A stretch of 64,000 bases of DNA from NCBI GenBank assembly GCA_964035545.1, contig OZ037769.1, positions 17,018,633 to 17,082,632 on the forward strand, given 5' to 3'. Origin of the DNA: Bugula neritina (lineage: Eukaryota > Animalia > Bryozoa). Shown in pieces: positions 24,652 through 38,885 of the stretch; position 1 is the stretch's first letter; the number at the start of each line of letters is the position of its first letter. The notes below the pieces were generated by a model. The model ran no database searches. It was not told where the DNA came from and was given only the letters and a program-made list of their open reading frames with translations. The position numbers and the translations under genes were made by a program.

Positions 24652-27600
24652 TTACTACTACTAGTTGAGTACTAGTAGTTATAGTTATACTCTAGTTGTA
24701 CTTGTAGTTCAAGTTGTACTATTGTTTATTAGTATCACTCTCTATCAGTATTACTATGACAATTACTATTATGACTCTCGGTAACACTATGTCTATGACT
24801 CATGTGAGTATAGCACTATAGATATGCTGTTACTGATCTTATAATTATATCTAATCATATTGACTGACTCGTCCACTCATATTCATATTGATTTATTGTG
24901 ATTGATGATGTTGATAAATCTTTGTTAGCGGTACCAAATGTCAAGCTATTTGTTATCGGTGAATCAGAATGTGTTAATTTTGTAATTATCCATCTTTATA
25001 TTTGAGTGGTGTGGCTGCTGTGCTTATGTGCTACCACTACTTCAGTTTTACTCTTCATCTAAACATCATGGAACAACTTACTCTTTGCTAGCCAAAGATT
25101 TTGATTACAGTTTCTTTATTTTGCATAGAGGGGGTATTGAAAAATTAGTAATGTAAATATATTGTTTGCTATCTATATTTGATATTGCAAAATAATATTT
25201 GAGTTAGCTTTAGAGCGTGTAAGAATTGGTTATCATGCTGTAACAATGTGACAGTGGAAACTACAGTTGCCAGTTGATGTTACATGTTGCTTTGTTTGTA
25301 CCTCGTAGGCTGTTTGGTCACTTAAAATGAGAGCTCTGACTGAACAAGTTTATGTTGACGAAATAGAGAATGATGAAGAAGGTATTGCCGAGTTACTGAT
25401 GGATGATAATGCCATAGCTAATGTAGCTCGACCTGGCACCTCATTGAAGAAACCACCGACAGCGGTATCTGGAGGCCCCACCGCTGCCATGAGGTGAAGC
25501 CAGCAAGTGTTTGTTGCTTCACTTGTCACTAAGTGCTAGAGGGTGACTAATACTTGGTTGATTTCACTTATCATATTATGTGCTGTAGGCCAACTTCTCA
25601 AAGTGGTAGACCGATGTCTGGGTTCGCCCGACCGGGGACGCAGGGGGGACGTCCCGGAACAATGGAGCAAGCTATCAAGACTCCTAGGACTTCTCATACA
25701 GCTAGACCAATCACCAGTGCTTCTGGCAGGTAACTTATTGAGTTGAGAGTTTTCTTCCCCTGAGATCACTGATTTTTCTGCTAGCCTTTAGTCTGCTCAC
25801 ATAACACAACATGTATTATTTGATCACCTCTACTCACCTGGTAATTATTGTAGATATGTACGTTCTGGGACAGCCTCAATGCTCTCTACACCCGATGGAC
25901 CCTTCATCAATATATCCCGACTCAATCTGAATAAATACGCCCAAAAAAACGCGTTGGCAAGATCTCTGTTTGAGTTTATATTTCACCATGAGAACGACGT
26001 GAGACATGTACGTAATACCTACTGTTTAGACTGTGTTCCATAATCTAGTAGTCTTTCTGTCTCTCACATGTTGTTAGATATTGTATTATGTTACAACCTA
26101 CACATTGTATTATATTATAACATACACATTGTATTATATTGTGACGTACACATTCTATTATTTTGTAACGTACACATTGTATTCTATTGTAACATATACA
26201 TTGTGTATTATATACGTTTATATGTTGACGCAGGCGTTAGAGCTAGCTGCATACGCCACGGAAGCAAACCAGTATAAAGACTGGTGGTGGAAAATACAGT
26301 TGGCCAAGTGTTATGTCAGGTATGGCATTGACTTCTACATTTAATCTCTATATGTACTCATCAAAAGGCATTGACCTGTACAATACTTTCATCAGTTGTT
26401 GTCTCCACACTTCCTGTACGTTGTGACAGACTGGGGATGTTCCGAGATGCAGAGAAGCAAGTGTTATCTGCATTGAAGCAGCAGGATATGATAGACTGTT
26501 ATCTGCTGCTAGCCAAGTGCAGTGTGAAGTTAGACCAACCTCTCACAGCTGTGGAGACGTACAAGAAGGGGCTGGAGAAGTTCCCTCAGGATACGTCCCT
26601 ACTCACTGGTATAGCTAGGATATACGAGGTGAGGCACTGTTTCACTCTCTGGTACTAACTACCACTAGCTACTAATACTACTCACTAACTACCAGTTTTA
26701 CTCACAGTAAGTGATATTACTACTAGTACTACTCACTCTAACTAATAGCTCTACTAGTACTACTCACTAGATAATAGTACTACTCACACTAGCTACTAGT
26801 ACTACGCACTAACTACCAGTACTACTCATTAACTACATTACTCTAACAAGCTACTGCTGCACCATATTGCTAGTACTAGTTTTACTCGATTGACTTTCTT
26901 TCAGCTGCTGAACAACATTACCGAGTCAAGTGTGTTCTACAAGCAAGTGTTATCCACAGATAATATGAACATCGAGGCAATTGCCTGCATTGGATCCAAC
27001 TACTTCTACTCCGACCAACCGGAGATAGCTCTCAAGTTCTACAGACGTCTGCTGCAGATGGGAGTCAACAATGCTGAGCTGCTCAACAACCTGGCTCTCA
27101 GCTGTTTCTACGCTCAGCAGTACGACATGACCTTGACATGTTTCGAGCGGGCACTGGCTTTGTCCGATAACGAAACAGCTGCAGATATTTGGTATAATAT
27201 CGGTCACGTGGCGCTGGTAGGTTGAGTTTCTTACGTCGTGTTGAATTGTATAACATTTAGCCTTAGTGACTATGTCTATAGGCTTTAGTGGCAAAGAGTA
27301 AAGATATAGAGTCAAAGGCTAATCTGTAGTTTGGTATTTGTTATACAATACAGCCTAATTTCACTTGACCTGCATGTTCCCTCAGTTAGGACGATGTGAC
27401 CTTGACATTGCAGGGTGTAGGAGACACGAGTCTAGCCTATCAGTGCTTTCGCATGGCTCTCTCTGTTGACAATAACCACGCAGAAGCCTACAATAACCTC
27501 GGAGTTTTGGAGCTCAGGCGGGGACGTATTGAGCAGGCGAGGGCTTTCTTTCAAGCCTCGTTTTCATTGGCTCCTCAAATGTATGAACCTCACTACAACT

Positions 27601-28136
27601 CTGGCATGATGAGTGAATGGGTGAGCAGTCACACCTACTTTCTATACTTAGTATCTATCTACTCTATACTTAGTATCTATTTACTCTATACTTAGTATCT
27701 ATCTACTCTATACTTAGTATCTATCTACTCTATACTTAGTATCTATCTACTCTATACTTAGTATCTATCTACTCTATACTTAGTATCTATCTACTCTATA
27801 CTTAGTATCTACTCTATACTTAGTATCTATCTACTCTATACTTAGTATTTACTCTATACTTAGTATCTATCTACTCTATACTTAGTGTCTTTCTACTCTA
27901 TACTTAGTATCTATCTACTCTATACTTAGTATCTATCTACTCTATATCTATTAGCCAGCTAATCTACTGTTGCTATGACGAAGTATACAACTAATATACA
28001 ATGATGTCTCTCTGTCTAGATTGGTGATGTACAGAGTGCCTTCCTTTCTGTGAAGAGGTCTTTGGAAGCATTTGAGGATCACTCTGACTCCAAACAGCTG
28101 TTTAAAACTCTCAAGTCTCATCTCTCCATACTCTGA
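24438..28136 (+). CDS. TTC8: Tetratricopeptide repeat protein 8 / BBS8 (BBSome subunit)
   Basis: MDPLFLAYSLFRRR, AIANVARPGTSLKKP, SGFARPGT, RLGTASMLSTPDGPFINISRLNL, DWWWKIQLAKCY, YSDQPEIALKFYRRLLQMGV, NHAEAYNNLGVLE; GT-AG exons; stop TGA 28134-28136. Confidence 0.97.
27642..27947. repeat. ~23-bp minisatellite in the last TTC8 intron
   Basis: CTATACTTAGTATCTATCTACT repeats. Confidence 0.9.
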
Positions 28137-29361
28137 TGTCCCGCTCTGTTACTTTTCTGGGTGTAGTGCGAAAGTTGACCTTTGGACTCCTATTTTAAGT
28201 TATTTGAGTGAAAGAGTTATCTTTCTCAGAGATTCTCGTAATGGTGTTTTGCTATAACTGAAGTTGCTTTAATTCTATATATAAAGTATTAGCTTATACA
28301 AGACTAATATTGTGTACGTTACTGAGTTACGGAATCACACATTGTATTACAATTACAGTCCAACGACTGGTTAGTATTTTTTTTTCTATTATAATATGCC
28401 AAATAATTATCAAGAAATAATATATATTTATGGAACTTAAAGTAGAAACAAAAAGATTTTCTGCAACATGCATTTAATGAGATAGCACCTGATATTACTT
28501 GACATCATGTATTACGGTGACTAGAGTTTTAGTAGCTGTGACCCAACATTTTCGACTTGATAAATGGGGGGGGGGGAGGGGGTTGATTCTTTAGCTGCAT
28601 TTTTAAAACGGTAGCTAAGAGAATTTACAAAGCAAGTAAGAGGAGCCTTTCTAACAACTTTTAATTGTTGATATTTGAAACTTTTAGAAGCACTTTATAA
28701 TGTTGATAACCACTGCAAAGTTTTCTTCAACTTCATTTTGTAGAGCCTGTATCTTCAGATCTGGTAAATATTATTAGAAACAGTTTTGAAACAGCTTGGA
28801 GAGTTTATTGATCTACAAACTTCAGTGCATCAAAAATACCCCACAATATATTTTATTACATAAAACAATTTAATATTGAAAATACTTTTGAAAAATTTCA
28901 AGAGGACGTTAAAGAATAGATATAATACAATTTTACAAACAGGAAACTGATACCAATGGAAAAGACTGCACTCTCAGCAGTCGATACAAAACATTAGCAA
29001 TAAAAATTATTTCTATATTAAAGCGTTGCCCATACTAAATGTAACATAATAAAATGAAAACACATAACAATCCTAATAGAAATATAATCAGCCTGGAACT
29101 ACTGTTAATATTTTGCTGCTACCACAGACTTGGCAGAGTACAGTCAGTACAGAACTTTACCACGGCAATACTACATGCAGGGGAGATAACTCCTCAGAAT
29201 AATAGAGCATAATTTTATAATGTGAGTGGAGTTCATATAGATACTAAAGAATGACAACAATCAGATGTATCTAAACTTTATAATCTATATTACAATGAAT
29301 TAATCAGTTACTCTTTATTCATTGTATCATGTCAATATTTAGACTCTGGAAAGCAGATTGT

Positions 29362-32300
29362 TCAGTCTATTTGGTAGAACAGTACTTCACGTTCATTGTA
29401 TCTCGGGACTATCAGAGTATTTCCTGTCACGTGCAGATCAAATACATGAGAGTCAGTTCTTATAGCAGCATCTGAGATCTCTGTCAGCAGTTTACCTGAA
29501 TATATGAATATATAATATAGATTAGTAAGTCTATAATATAGATTAGTAAGTATATAATGTAGATTAGTAAGTATATAATATAGATTAGTAAGTATATAAT
29601 GTAGATTATTAAGTATATAATGTAGATTAGTAAGTATATAATGTAGAATAGTAAGTATATAATGTAGATTAGTAAGTATATAATGTAGATTAGTAAGTAT
29701 ATAATGTAGATTAGTAAGTATATAATGTAGATTAGTAAGTATATAATCTAGATTAGTAAGTATATAATGTAGATTAGTAAGTATATAATGTAGATTAGTA
29801 AGTATATAATATAGATTAGTAAGTATATAATATAGATTAGTAAGTATATAGTGTAGATTAGTAAGTATATAATCTAACCTGTATTCACATCCAGTATCCA
29901 GACTCTGGTGGTATTACTGCTGCTAGTAACAAACACTCTCCCTCCGTGGTATGTTACACCTTCAGGGTTGGGTACATCTTGTGACGTCCATTCAACTTCT
30001 CCACTTGGAATATTCACTTTGAACACTTTAGAAGTTCGAGTATCAGACACAACAACAGAGAGATTGTCTACGGCACACATTGATACATAGCTAGGACTGA
30101 GTAGAAGACACTGAATGTGTTTAATTACCTTCCCTGTAAGAGAGTACACTGTTAGTCTCTTGTTCTGTCTGTCTGGTATAACAACCTGGTCACTAACAAC
30201 TGCTAGTTTACTAAACATATTCCAGTGAACAGTAGAAGTCCAGCTGGTGATGAGTCTCCCTGTCAGATCATGTACTGTGACTGTGTAAGGGATACCAGAT
30301 ACTAAAGTATACAGTCTGTCCTTGTATACCGCTACACTAAGTACAATGCTACCTACTCCTACAAACTCCTTACTGAGTTGGTTATTCCCACCTATTACAT
30401 CTACTCCACCACCACATGTCCCAACATAAGTGTTTCCCTGATAACTACAGACTGAAGTACAGCCACCAGACACAGGAACTGTATGCAGGAGAGACAACTG
30501 TGTGGGTAGAGTATCAGGAGTTGTCAGTTCATGTTCCAAGTCTATAGACACACTTTTTGAGGTGACAACTTCTACTTCAACTTCCCTTTTCTCACCTACA
30601 ATGAAGCAATTCGTAAGAGTTTAATAAGAGATTCACAGAATCAACTCGACATATAGAAATGTGTATCAGTGGAGTGAATTTTATGACAGAAAAGGACAGA
30701 AATGTGAATGTGCTGCAATAATAATACTGTGCTGATCATCTTCCTCGACACTTATGTCTTTTTAGATTTTAGAAAATATTGCTATAGTTTACAGAACACT
30801 GAGTTGGTAAGAAACAGGTGCTAGCAGGTGTCAGCACACCTTCAACAGTCATATTATATGATTATATGATATTTTATATAATCTTCCAACGTTAGTATGC
30901 ATTTGATATAATAGAGAGCAACACTATAGTGTGGTGAGGTGACAACTTCAACTTCAAGGTCTCATTAAAATAATGTATTTTAATGCATTTATAAACTAAT
31001 GCTGATGGCTCCAAAACTTTGAACCAAATTAGTTGAAATATTACAAAATTAAACTTTCGAGTCTTAAACCTTCAACAAATATTTAAGTAAACTAATATGC
31101 ACACACTGACACACGCACTCTCTAGAAATAAACAGCTAAAAACTCAGCTGAACCCATTAAATTTTAAAAACCAGACAACTTTTTTTGGATTGTGGTTTGA
31201 AAAATTTTCTCAATTAATGATACACACTACATTATATTTCTTATACTTTAAAGTTTTACATTCAAAAGACTTGGCCACCAGAAAGCCTACAACAGCACAG
31301 ACTGACCTTTGACCTGTAAAGCCACTTGTGATATTTCTAGCTTAGGAAGGTCATCTGATACCAGCTTCTTTATCTCACTGATTGTCTCCTCATGTCTATT
31401 TATAATATCAACCTACATAGCACAGGTTCACATCTTACTCATACAATAATAAGTCTATGTTTTGTAGAAACTTTCTCTTTTATAGATGACTTCAGGTTTT
31501 AACAGATTGTATATAGATTTGAGTAAATGTCAAACATACAGTAAATTGGAAACCCAAGCGAGAGAAAGCTGGAAGAAAAAATATTCATCTACAGTTGCTA
31601 AAACCTTCATGGAAGAATATCAAATGTTAAATACAGTTACAATGGCTTTCCTTTAGATAAGCTAACATACCTGGTGATTGTGTTTATGTCTGGCCTCAAT
31701 CTGAAGTCTATGTCTATTCAGATCAGACAACTTCACTCCAACATCCTGTTCAGTGAATCTCTCCAACTCTAATTTAGTATTTCTTCTCAATTCTATCAAC
31801 TCTTCTTCCAACTTCTTATACTTCTGTTGAACACTCTCAATCTATAAATAGATTCTACTAGTTTATTTATATCTTGACTTACAAACTAGTGACTACAGTG
31901 ATATTCAACTAACATATAACAGTACAGAGTATATAATATGACCTGTTCATCACGTGTTCTGTGGAGTGTCTCTATCATATCTCTAGTCTCACTATCATAA
32001 TCACACAATACTCCAGTCATGTGTTTCACTAAATCTGAGAGTTTATCTTCTCTGTCCAGTATCTCTGATCTCATCCCATCCACCTCTTTGGAGAGTTCAG
32101 TTACCAACTCTCTCAGTGACATCAGCTTATGAGGAGAACCTACAAAAGCAAATATTTATTACTTATACTAGTAACTTATAGTAACACTGAATAACATGCA
32201 TGGCATTATATACACAAATAATAGTCATGTGTCATTAATATAACATCATTATTTGCTATCCGCTAAAGAGAATTTTATACAATCATGCAAATGGCACAAC

Positions 32301-33176
32301 TCTATTTAGACACTTTCATCTATAAAACAGAACTTATTTCTGCAAAAAAGCAGAATATTTTCAAATTTCTAATTATTTCACTTACCATTTGTACATTTAT
32401 CCAAACCACCAACACATTCTGCACAGAACAGATCGAGGCAACTCCTACACCCCATACTGTATGATACTTCTGTGTGTTTAGAACATAGTCTAGGTTCTAG
32501 TTTACTAGCCTGTGCTCTGTAGTCAGTCATAGTGATCATAGGGTGGCCTCCATGCAAATCATCATGTGACTGTGAACAACAAATATACAGAATTAATAGG
32601 TAGAACTGACAGAGAATTCTTGAGTGTGCACACACACACACACATATAAAGCAGTTAAATGAGTATAAATAATCAAAAGTTGTATAAGAGTAGAGAAGAT
32701 ATTAACTAACCTCTCTGTGTTTAGCACAGAGTTTAGTAGAACAAGTTTTACAGTAAATAACAGCAGGCCGATTATTTACTCCTTTCCTGGTACAACTATC
32801 ACAGTATAGAGATGGTCCTGCTCTGGTGTTGGAGGTAGGAAGAGAGTGAATGTCAACATCAAATACTTCCCTATACAACACAGTGGAGTAGTTACTAACT
32901 CATCACAGTATACAATACATCTCACTCAGTAGAGAATATAACACACAATATAGTAGAACTCACAATGATTAGTAAACATAACTCAAACTGAGAATATCTC
33001 AAAGGAAGGTGATACCTGCAGAAGGGACATCTCACTATCTTATTGACCTCAAAGTTCCCCAGCAGACATCTTAAACAGTGTACATGAGAACAAGGTAAAG
33101 ATCTGGAATCTTCTAGATCTTCTAGTCTGGTTACACAGAACCCACATTCTACCTGCTCAACTGTAGCTTCAGCCAT
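29362..33176 (-). CDS. TRIM-like E3 ligase: RING, two B-boxes, coiled coil, NHL/beta-propeller-like C-terminus
   Basis: RING CGFC...PCSHVHCLRC...CPFCR; B-box1 CDSC...YCKTCSTKLCAKH...H; B-box2 CSKH...CRSCLDLFCAEC; coiled-coil exons 31270-32140; beta-rich exon 29878-30595; stop TGA 29364-29362. Confidence 0.85.
29510..29875. repeat. 21-bp minisatellite filling the last TRIM intron
   Basis: TAGATTAGTAAGTATATAATG, ~17 copies. Confidence 0.93.
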
Positions 33177-34396
33177 TGGAATACACTGAAAACATAAAGA
33201 AAGCAGATGCATCGCTTACAAGCAGATTAGCTGTCTATTTTACCAGAGTACTTATAGCTTAAGTTATTATGCTACAAAATGTCAATTCCATAAATGGCTT
33301 CAGCCATTACAGTTACAGTACAAAATAAAAATGTCACGATTGGTTTCAGCCATTTGAACATTATTATCTTTGGCAACTGACAATGCAAGCTGCTCAAACT
33401 CAATTATAATCGCCTAATTCTATGAGTGTGACTGTGAGTCATATTAGTAATAGTATTACTATTAACATTACTAATACTAATAGTAATGTAAATAATAAAT
33501 ATTATGTAATAAAATTATATGTGTAACATATGTAATAAACATCAGTGTCAGATATTCGCATATGGTGACGTTGGCAAATTCCTTATAAAGGGTGACACAA
33601 AATGATTTTCTAAGTAAAAACTCGCAGCCTAATCTCAAGATTTTAGTAAAAGTAACTTTTGAAATAAGAACAATCATTGAGAATATAAGAACCGAAGGAG
33701 GCACCTGATGCAGTAGTTAAGGGAGTGTCCCTCAGCCTCTCCAAGGGAGTAATTACTGGTGGAACATCCGGATGTATATTGTTGTTGTAAATACGATATA
33801 GAAAGGGTGTGACAAGAGACTATGTATAACATCACGTGACCATTGCGGCGCACTAACTCGAGTGGCGAAAACTCCCAGTGCTCAAGAAAACCTAATATTA
33901 TATTGTTACATTACTTATAAACCAACAATAGTGATGGGACACACTTGGTTTGTTATAACTATGAGGAGGGTTGTTGTCCTGATACCGTGAAGGACCTAGA
34001 AAAACTTACTAAAACAAGAAAGGTAACACATAAAAATAGAAATTAAAACAAGTTCAAGCTCACTTTATTCAGCAAAAACAGTTGGAAGGGATTTCCACCT
34101 GAAAAGATTAGTATGTGAAACTTTGTAAGAAAAATCCCAGAATAGTAAAAAGTAGGCATAGAACTGTATTGATGACAAATTTAATAATAAAATATATTCC
34201 ACATGATTGAGTACAAGAGATTGTGTAAAACTATCACAATAATACTAGTATAAGTAAAAAGGTATAAATATATGAACACAATTAATTATGCAACTTGAGA
34301 AATAATATATAGAATGTATCCTGTGTAAATCAAATTTTCTAGAAAAAAAAAGATATAAGATATTCTACCAATATTGACTTTGAAAACACAAAAAAC

Positions 34397-37313
34397 TCAG
34401 TCTCGGAGCAACTTCACAGCGATTAGGTAGATGACACCACCTATCGCAGCTAGTCCAATAATAATCCATTTGGCAATGACATCTCCATATGTGTACCAGT
34501 AAAGCTGTGCATTACAGTATGGTAAAAGAATAGAGGCAGTTGAAAAGCAGTGCTGGGAAACATTGCCTGTTGTATCACAGATTTTCATTTGGAAAACAAT
34601 CACAGTTCCTACAACACATTATTGCATAGTTCATCTGTGGTATATATTATATCTGCTACATTCTATTTATTGTATTATGTCTAGTCTTTTACTCTTCTGT
34701 ACTCTTTTCCCAACATGAAAAAATAGCAAACATACTGGTCACACATATCATGGCATGGCAGGCTGATAACCAATACTGGGTCAAAACTTGAGAAGATAAT
34801 CCGAAACTTACCAGAATTCACTCCAACATACAGACACTACTTACCAAAGATATGCCAAGCGAGGAAAAAAGTGCCGAGGATTCCCAATGCACAGCCATTA
34901 CAGCATTTAAACAGATCATCAATCTCGTCCTTGGCTACAATTATACAATTGACTCGTGACCTTGACATTTAAATGGAAAACAAAGCCAGACTATATAGGA
35001 ACTTAGGTAGATCTCTACTCACCTTTATACTTGACCTCTACTCACCTTTATACTTGATCTCTACTCACCTTTATACTTGACCTCTACTCACCTTTATACT
35101 TGATCTCTACTCACCTTTATACTTGACAATCCACCTGACAATGAGGCATACGGCTGCAAACACGACTGGCGCTGAGACGGTTTGGTATATAGGTAGTAGT
35201 CTTTGTGCTGGACACAGCTTCAAGTAGCGGGCACCTGCAACACACCCCTAGACGTACATCATGGTTTGTATAAGGTTAGTGTACAGGTAAGTAGTCAACA
35301 CATAGCCTGTCTTCCTACACCCAACTCACTTACCAAAGTAAACCTCAGTGATGGGTAAAGCCAGACCAAAGATTAGAAATGCCACTACCACCGTCAGAAT
35401 ACCCAGGGTGGTTTTGGAACAGCAAGGCTCCTCTTCACCTTCTGCTTCTTCCACCCTCACTGCTTCTTCCACCCTCACTGCTTCTTCCACCCTCACTGCT
35501 TCATTGTTACTTCCATCTGCGCCATTTGCTTCACTGTCTCTGGGCTCTGTGGCAGAAAACAGACGAGATTATAGGTCTTTCTACAGTGTGAGTACACTCA
35601 ACAGCTGTACCTATTCAACAACCTTAGAACTGGCATCTTTAAATCAGCCATCCTAAATAAACATATGTATTGTAATAACTAGAATAGGAGTGAGTTGGAG
35701 AATGAGGCAAGGTAGAAAATTTCATCAAGTCAACTAAACATATGAACAATAAAAATGGGCAATCAAGCAGTTGAGTTAATCCTAACCCTCTCCTCCCAGC
35801 GTAGTTAAAAACAGGATATACTGAAATGTGGTGCTATACAATACAATATAGTTTATTGGTCAAAGGGAAGCAGCAAGTAAAACATTTAGCTGTCTGCTCA
35901 CTACAATGTTGGTTAAGTGATTTGTCAAAAAATATTTTCAGCTGTAGAAATTAAGTTTCATACCAATTTAAACCCCTGTACTGCAGTTTATAAATTAGCA
36001 AAACTTATGGTCTTGTGTCTAGAAATAATATTATTATAACATTCCTATAAATGGTAACAAGCAGTCATGCATGCTGTACTGAGCATTGACACTGGCATCT
36101 ATATTCATGAAAGATTTATAGAATAGCCTATGGGCTTTTATTGAGGAATGTTGTTTAGTTCAAAGACAAAAGACTGAAAGGAAATGCTGTACAGCGTACA
36201 CAATATGTGCTAATATCAGATGAAAGCTAGCCAGAGTCTCAACTGCCATTGAGATGGACTAGTAGTGAATAACCAGTGCCCCCTGAGGACTAGTAGACTA
36301 CAATAGTCTGTGATGAATAACATTAAGTAACCTGAGAATACGCTGTACTATCAGCTGAACAATCAGCTACTAACTCTACTAGCTAGAAGTTCAGAAGCTA
36401 CTTTAGTGTCCAGTGGAAAGCTTCATATGCACTTAATATATCCAATATACGTGTAGGAGAAATTCTATAACTTGGAATTATCAAAATATTATTCTATAAA
36501 TTATACATTATGTAAAAAAATTGATACAAAGTCTTTCCTTCTATGTGGGCATCATAAAAAATGTTTTATTAAGTAGCTGGGTGCTTTTTTGTTTTCTTTT
36601 ATCAATATAATATAGTATTTAGACCAACATTCTAAATCCAAAGAAAGTTATGATGAGGCCCATTGCACTATAGTCTAGCTAGTCTCAGCTTTTATCTATA
36701 CTTCAGTAGGTAGTATATTTAGCATTCCTTTATAATTATTCTTTATTAGTAGCTCACAAATAGCTAAAAACTAGAAACTTGCATCAATGAATGCCAACTT
36801 AAGCATATAAAGTTTCAAAATATTTCCGGGTCAGTAAGGGCAGCCACCGGGTTGAAAACCATTTTCGCTCTATTTTTCATCTGAAATATAGGCTTTGTTC
36901 AATTTCTTTTTTACTGCAGCTACTTCTTCCCACCAAATCATAATCCACAATATAATTTGGCATGAACAGTATTTGCAAGAGCTTGACAAGTGAATGTTTA
37001 TTTACTACTGATGACTAAATTAATTATAGTGAACATTGCTGTTATTAAACCACAATAATTACTAAATACTACCAGGAGTAGGCGTGGTCTAGTGATTAAA
37101 GCACTGGCTTGGAAACACAAGGTTAGTGGTTGGGCTCCAGTGAAGACCAATGGTGATGTAAGTGATACTTACGTCCCTGCCACACTAAAACCAATTTAAT
37201 CAACTTTTTCATGAGAGGAGGAGTAAACCAAAAAGGATGCACTTACTGGCAGAAACAATGACAACTTCATTAGCTTCCTCAGAATCTTTTTGTGTCTGTA
37301 ATTCCAATGACAT
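34397..37313 (-). CDS. TMEM272-like small multi-pass membrane protein
   Basis: Putative ATG 37313 (MSLELQTQKDSEE). Exons give ...LALPITEVTFG-ARYLKLCPAQRLLPIYQTVSAP..., ALGILGTFFLAWHIFG and PYCNAQLYWYTY...WIIIGLAAIGGVIYLI; the CP..P.Y / W...G / YC...Y pattern recalls TMEM272. Confidence 0.6.
35010..35126 (-). repeat. 23-bp tandem repeat spanning a TMEM272-like 5' splice site (5 copies)
   Basis: Minus unit TCAAGTATAAAG|GTGAGTAGAG(A/G); donors at 35114, 35091, 35068, 35045, 35022. Confidence 0.93.
37081..37149 (+). mobile_element. Degenerate tRNA-derived SINE head or tRNA pseudogene
   Basis: GGCGTGGTCTAGTGATTAAAGCAC (A-box-like) ... GGTTGGGCTCC (decayed B-box) at tRNA spacing; stems do not pair. 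Confidence 0.35.
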
Positions 37314-38885
37314 CTCACTAAAACCAAAAAATAGCATCAACTATTTTACTGCCTCAGGTTATGACAAATAACTGAATTAAATTTAATAAATCAAAATGTT
37401 GGTATTCCTAATACTAACAGTATTACTTTCAATTTGCTTTTTGAATAGACTATAGAGGTAAAACTTTCACTTTGAAGCACTAAATTAAGGTTAAACTTAA
37501 GGATAATTATTAATATTATGATTATAAAAGCTAGTGCCTAAGCTAGTGCAACAGTAATGACTAATGAGTAAATGAGCAAATATGAAATAAAAAGAAAGCA
37601 AAAACCTTAACCTGCAACTATTGGTAGTAACTAAGTAAGTTAGTATTAGTAAGCTAGTAACTTTTAGCTTTAGTAATTATTACTAATACTAAAAGTTAAT
37701 CTAATATAAATATATAACTATAATGTTATACTTGTGTTATGGTAATCAGTATGAGTCTCACTGAAACTAAAAGTAAATCACTTATCAGTAAATCAAAATG
37801 TAATCAGTAATGACATTGACAACATAAATATGAAATTGAATACGTAGTTTGATTATTACATTATTTCTGACAATATACTAATAGCTCTAGTTGTCTAAAA
37901 TAATGAGACAACTATTTTTATAATTGAAATATTTGTAACTGAAAATCTTAATTATAACAGTAAAACCAACAGGCATCATGAACAACTCAGCTGGCAAAAC
38001 ATTTTTAGTAGTATAGAACTACATATAAGCAGCTCCAATTTGGGAGGTAAATAACGGCAGTACTTTGGGGTTCTCGACTTTGGAGCTGGGACTTGTAAAA
38101 GCCCCAACTCTAAACTCGAAAACTGTAAACTACTGCACTCAGTCTTTCAACTCCGAGCTGCTTATAGCGCAAACTGGTTGCATCTGACGAGAGCAGTAGA
38201 TTTGAAAGCTATTTCCTCTCACTAGACGAGTGGTCCGTATTGTCTCTCTTTTTATCTTTAGAAACTACAATTAAGGTCAAGGTTTCATAGCCAGATTTAA
38301 ATCAATTCCAACAACTTTTTTTATCACTTTTTACAGTTCCATAGTTATTCATTACCTATCACATTTACTGCATTGGTATTTTTATTTCTAAAAAGACACT
38401 AATTTTTGAACGATTGAACATATTCACTCATATCAGTAAACATTGAAACTTTTGTTGTGGTAATGACAAACTGAAACGCTCTAACTCTAAGTCAAACTAC
38501 CAGTATCACTATCAGTATCAGAGTATCACAATCAAGGTGACAGGCATTAAACTTAAACTAAAAGTAAAAGTTCAACTTAAGTCTTGAAGTGAGTAAAAAT
38601 AAATAACAGTAAGAGTATGAAATTAAGTATGAATTACTATTACTATTGTTATTATTATTAATAAAATATCAATATGAATAATCTATGATGCTCATAATCA
38701 TAATGATATTTATATCACTTATTTTAATATCACTATTACTTTAATATCAATATGAATGTAAATAGTAAATCTGGGCACATTCATATTAATGTTTATGTTA
38801 TGTAGTATATACTTTTATGAAAAATAAAACACCAGCATACATTATTTAGTCTGTAACTCAAAGCTGTCTAATCTGTGCACAGGTC

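Noticed and set aside
28500-29100. Possible MITE or DNA-transposon remnant with a G-run
   Set aside because: No terminal inverted repeats or target-site duplication could be identified by eye.
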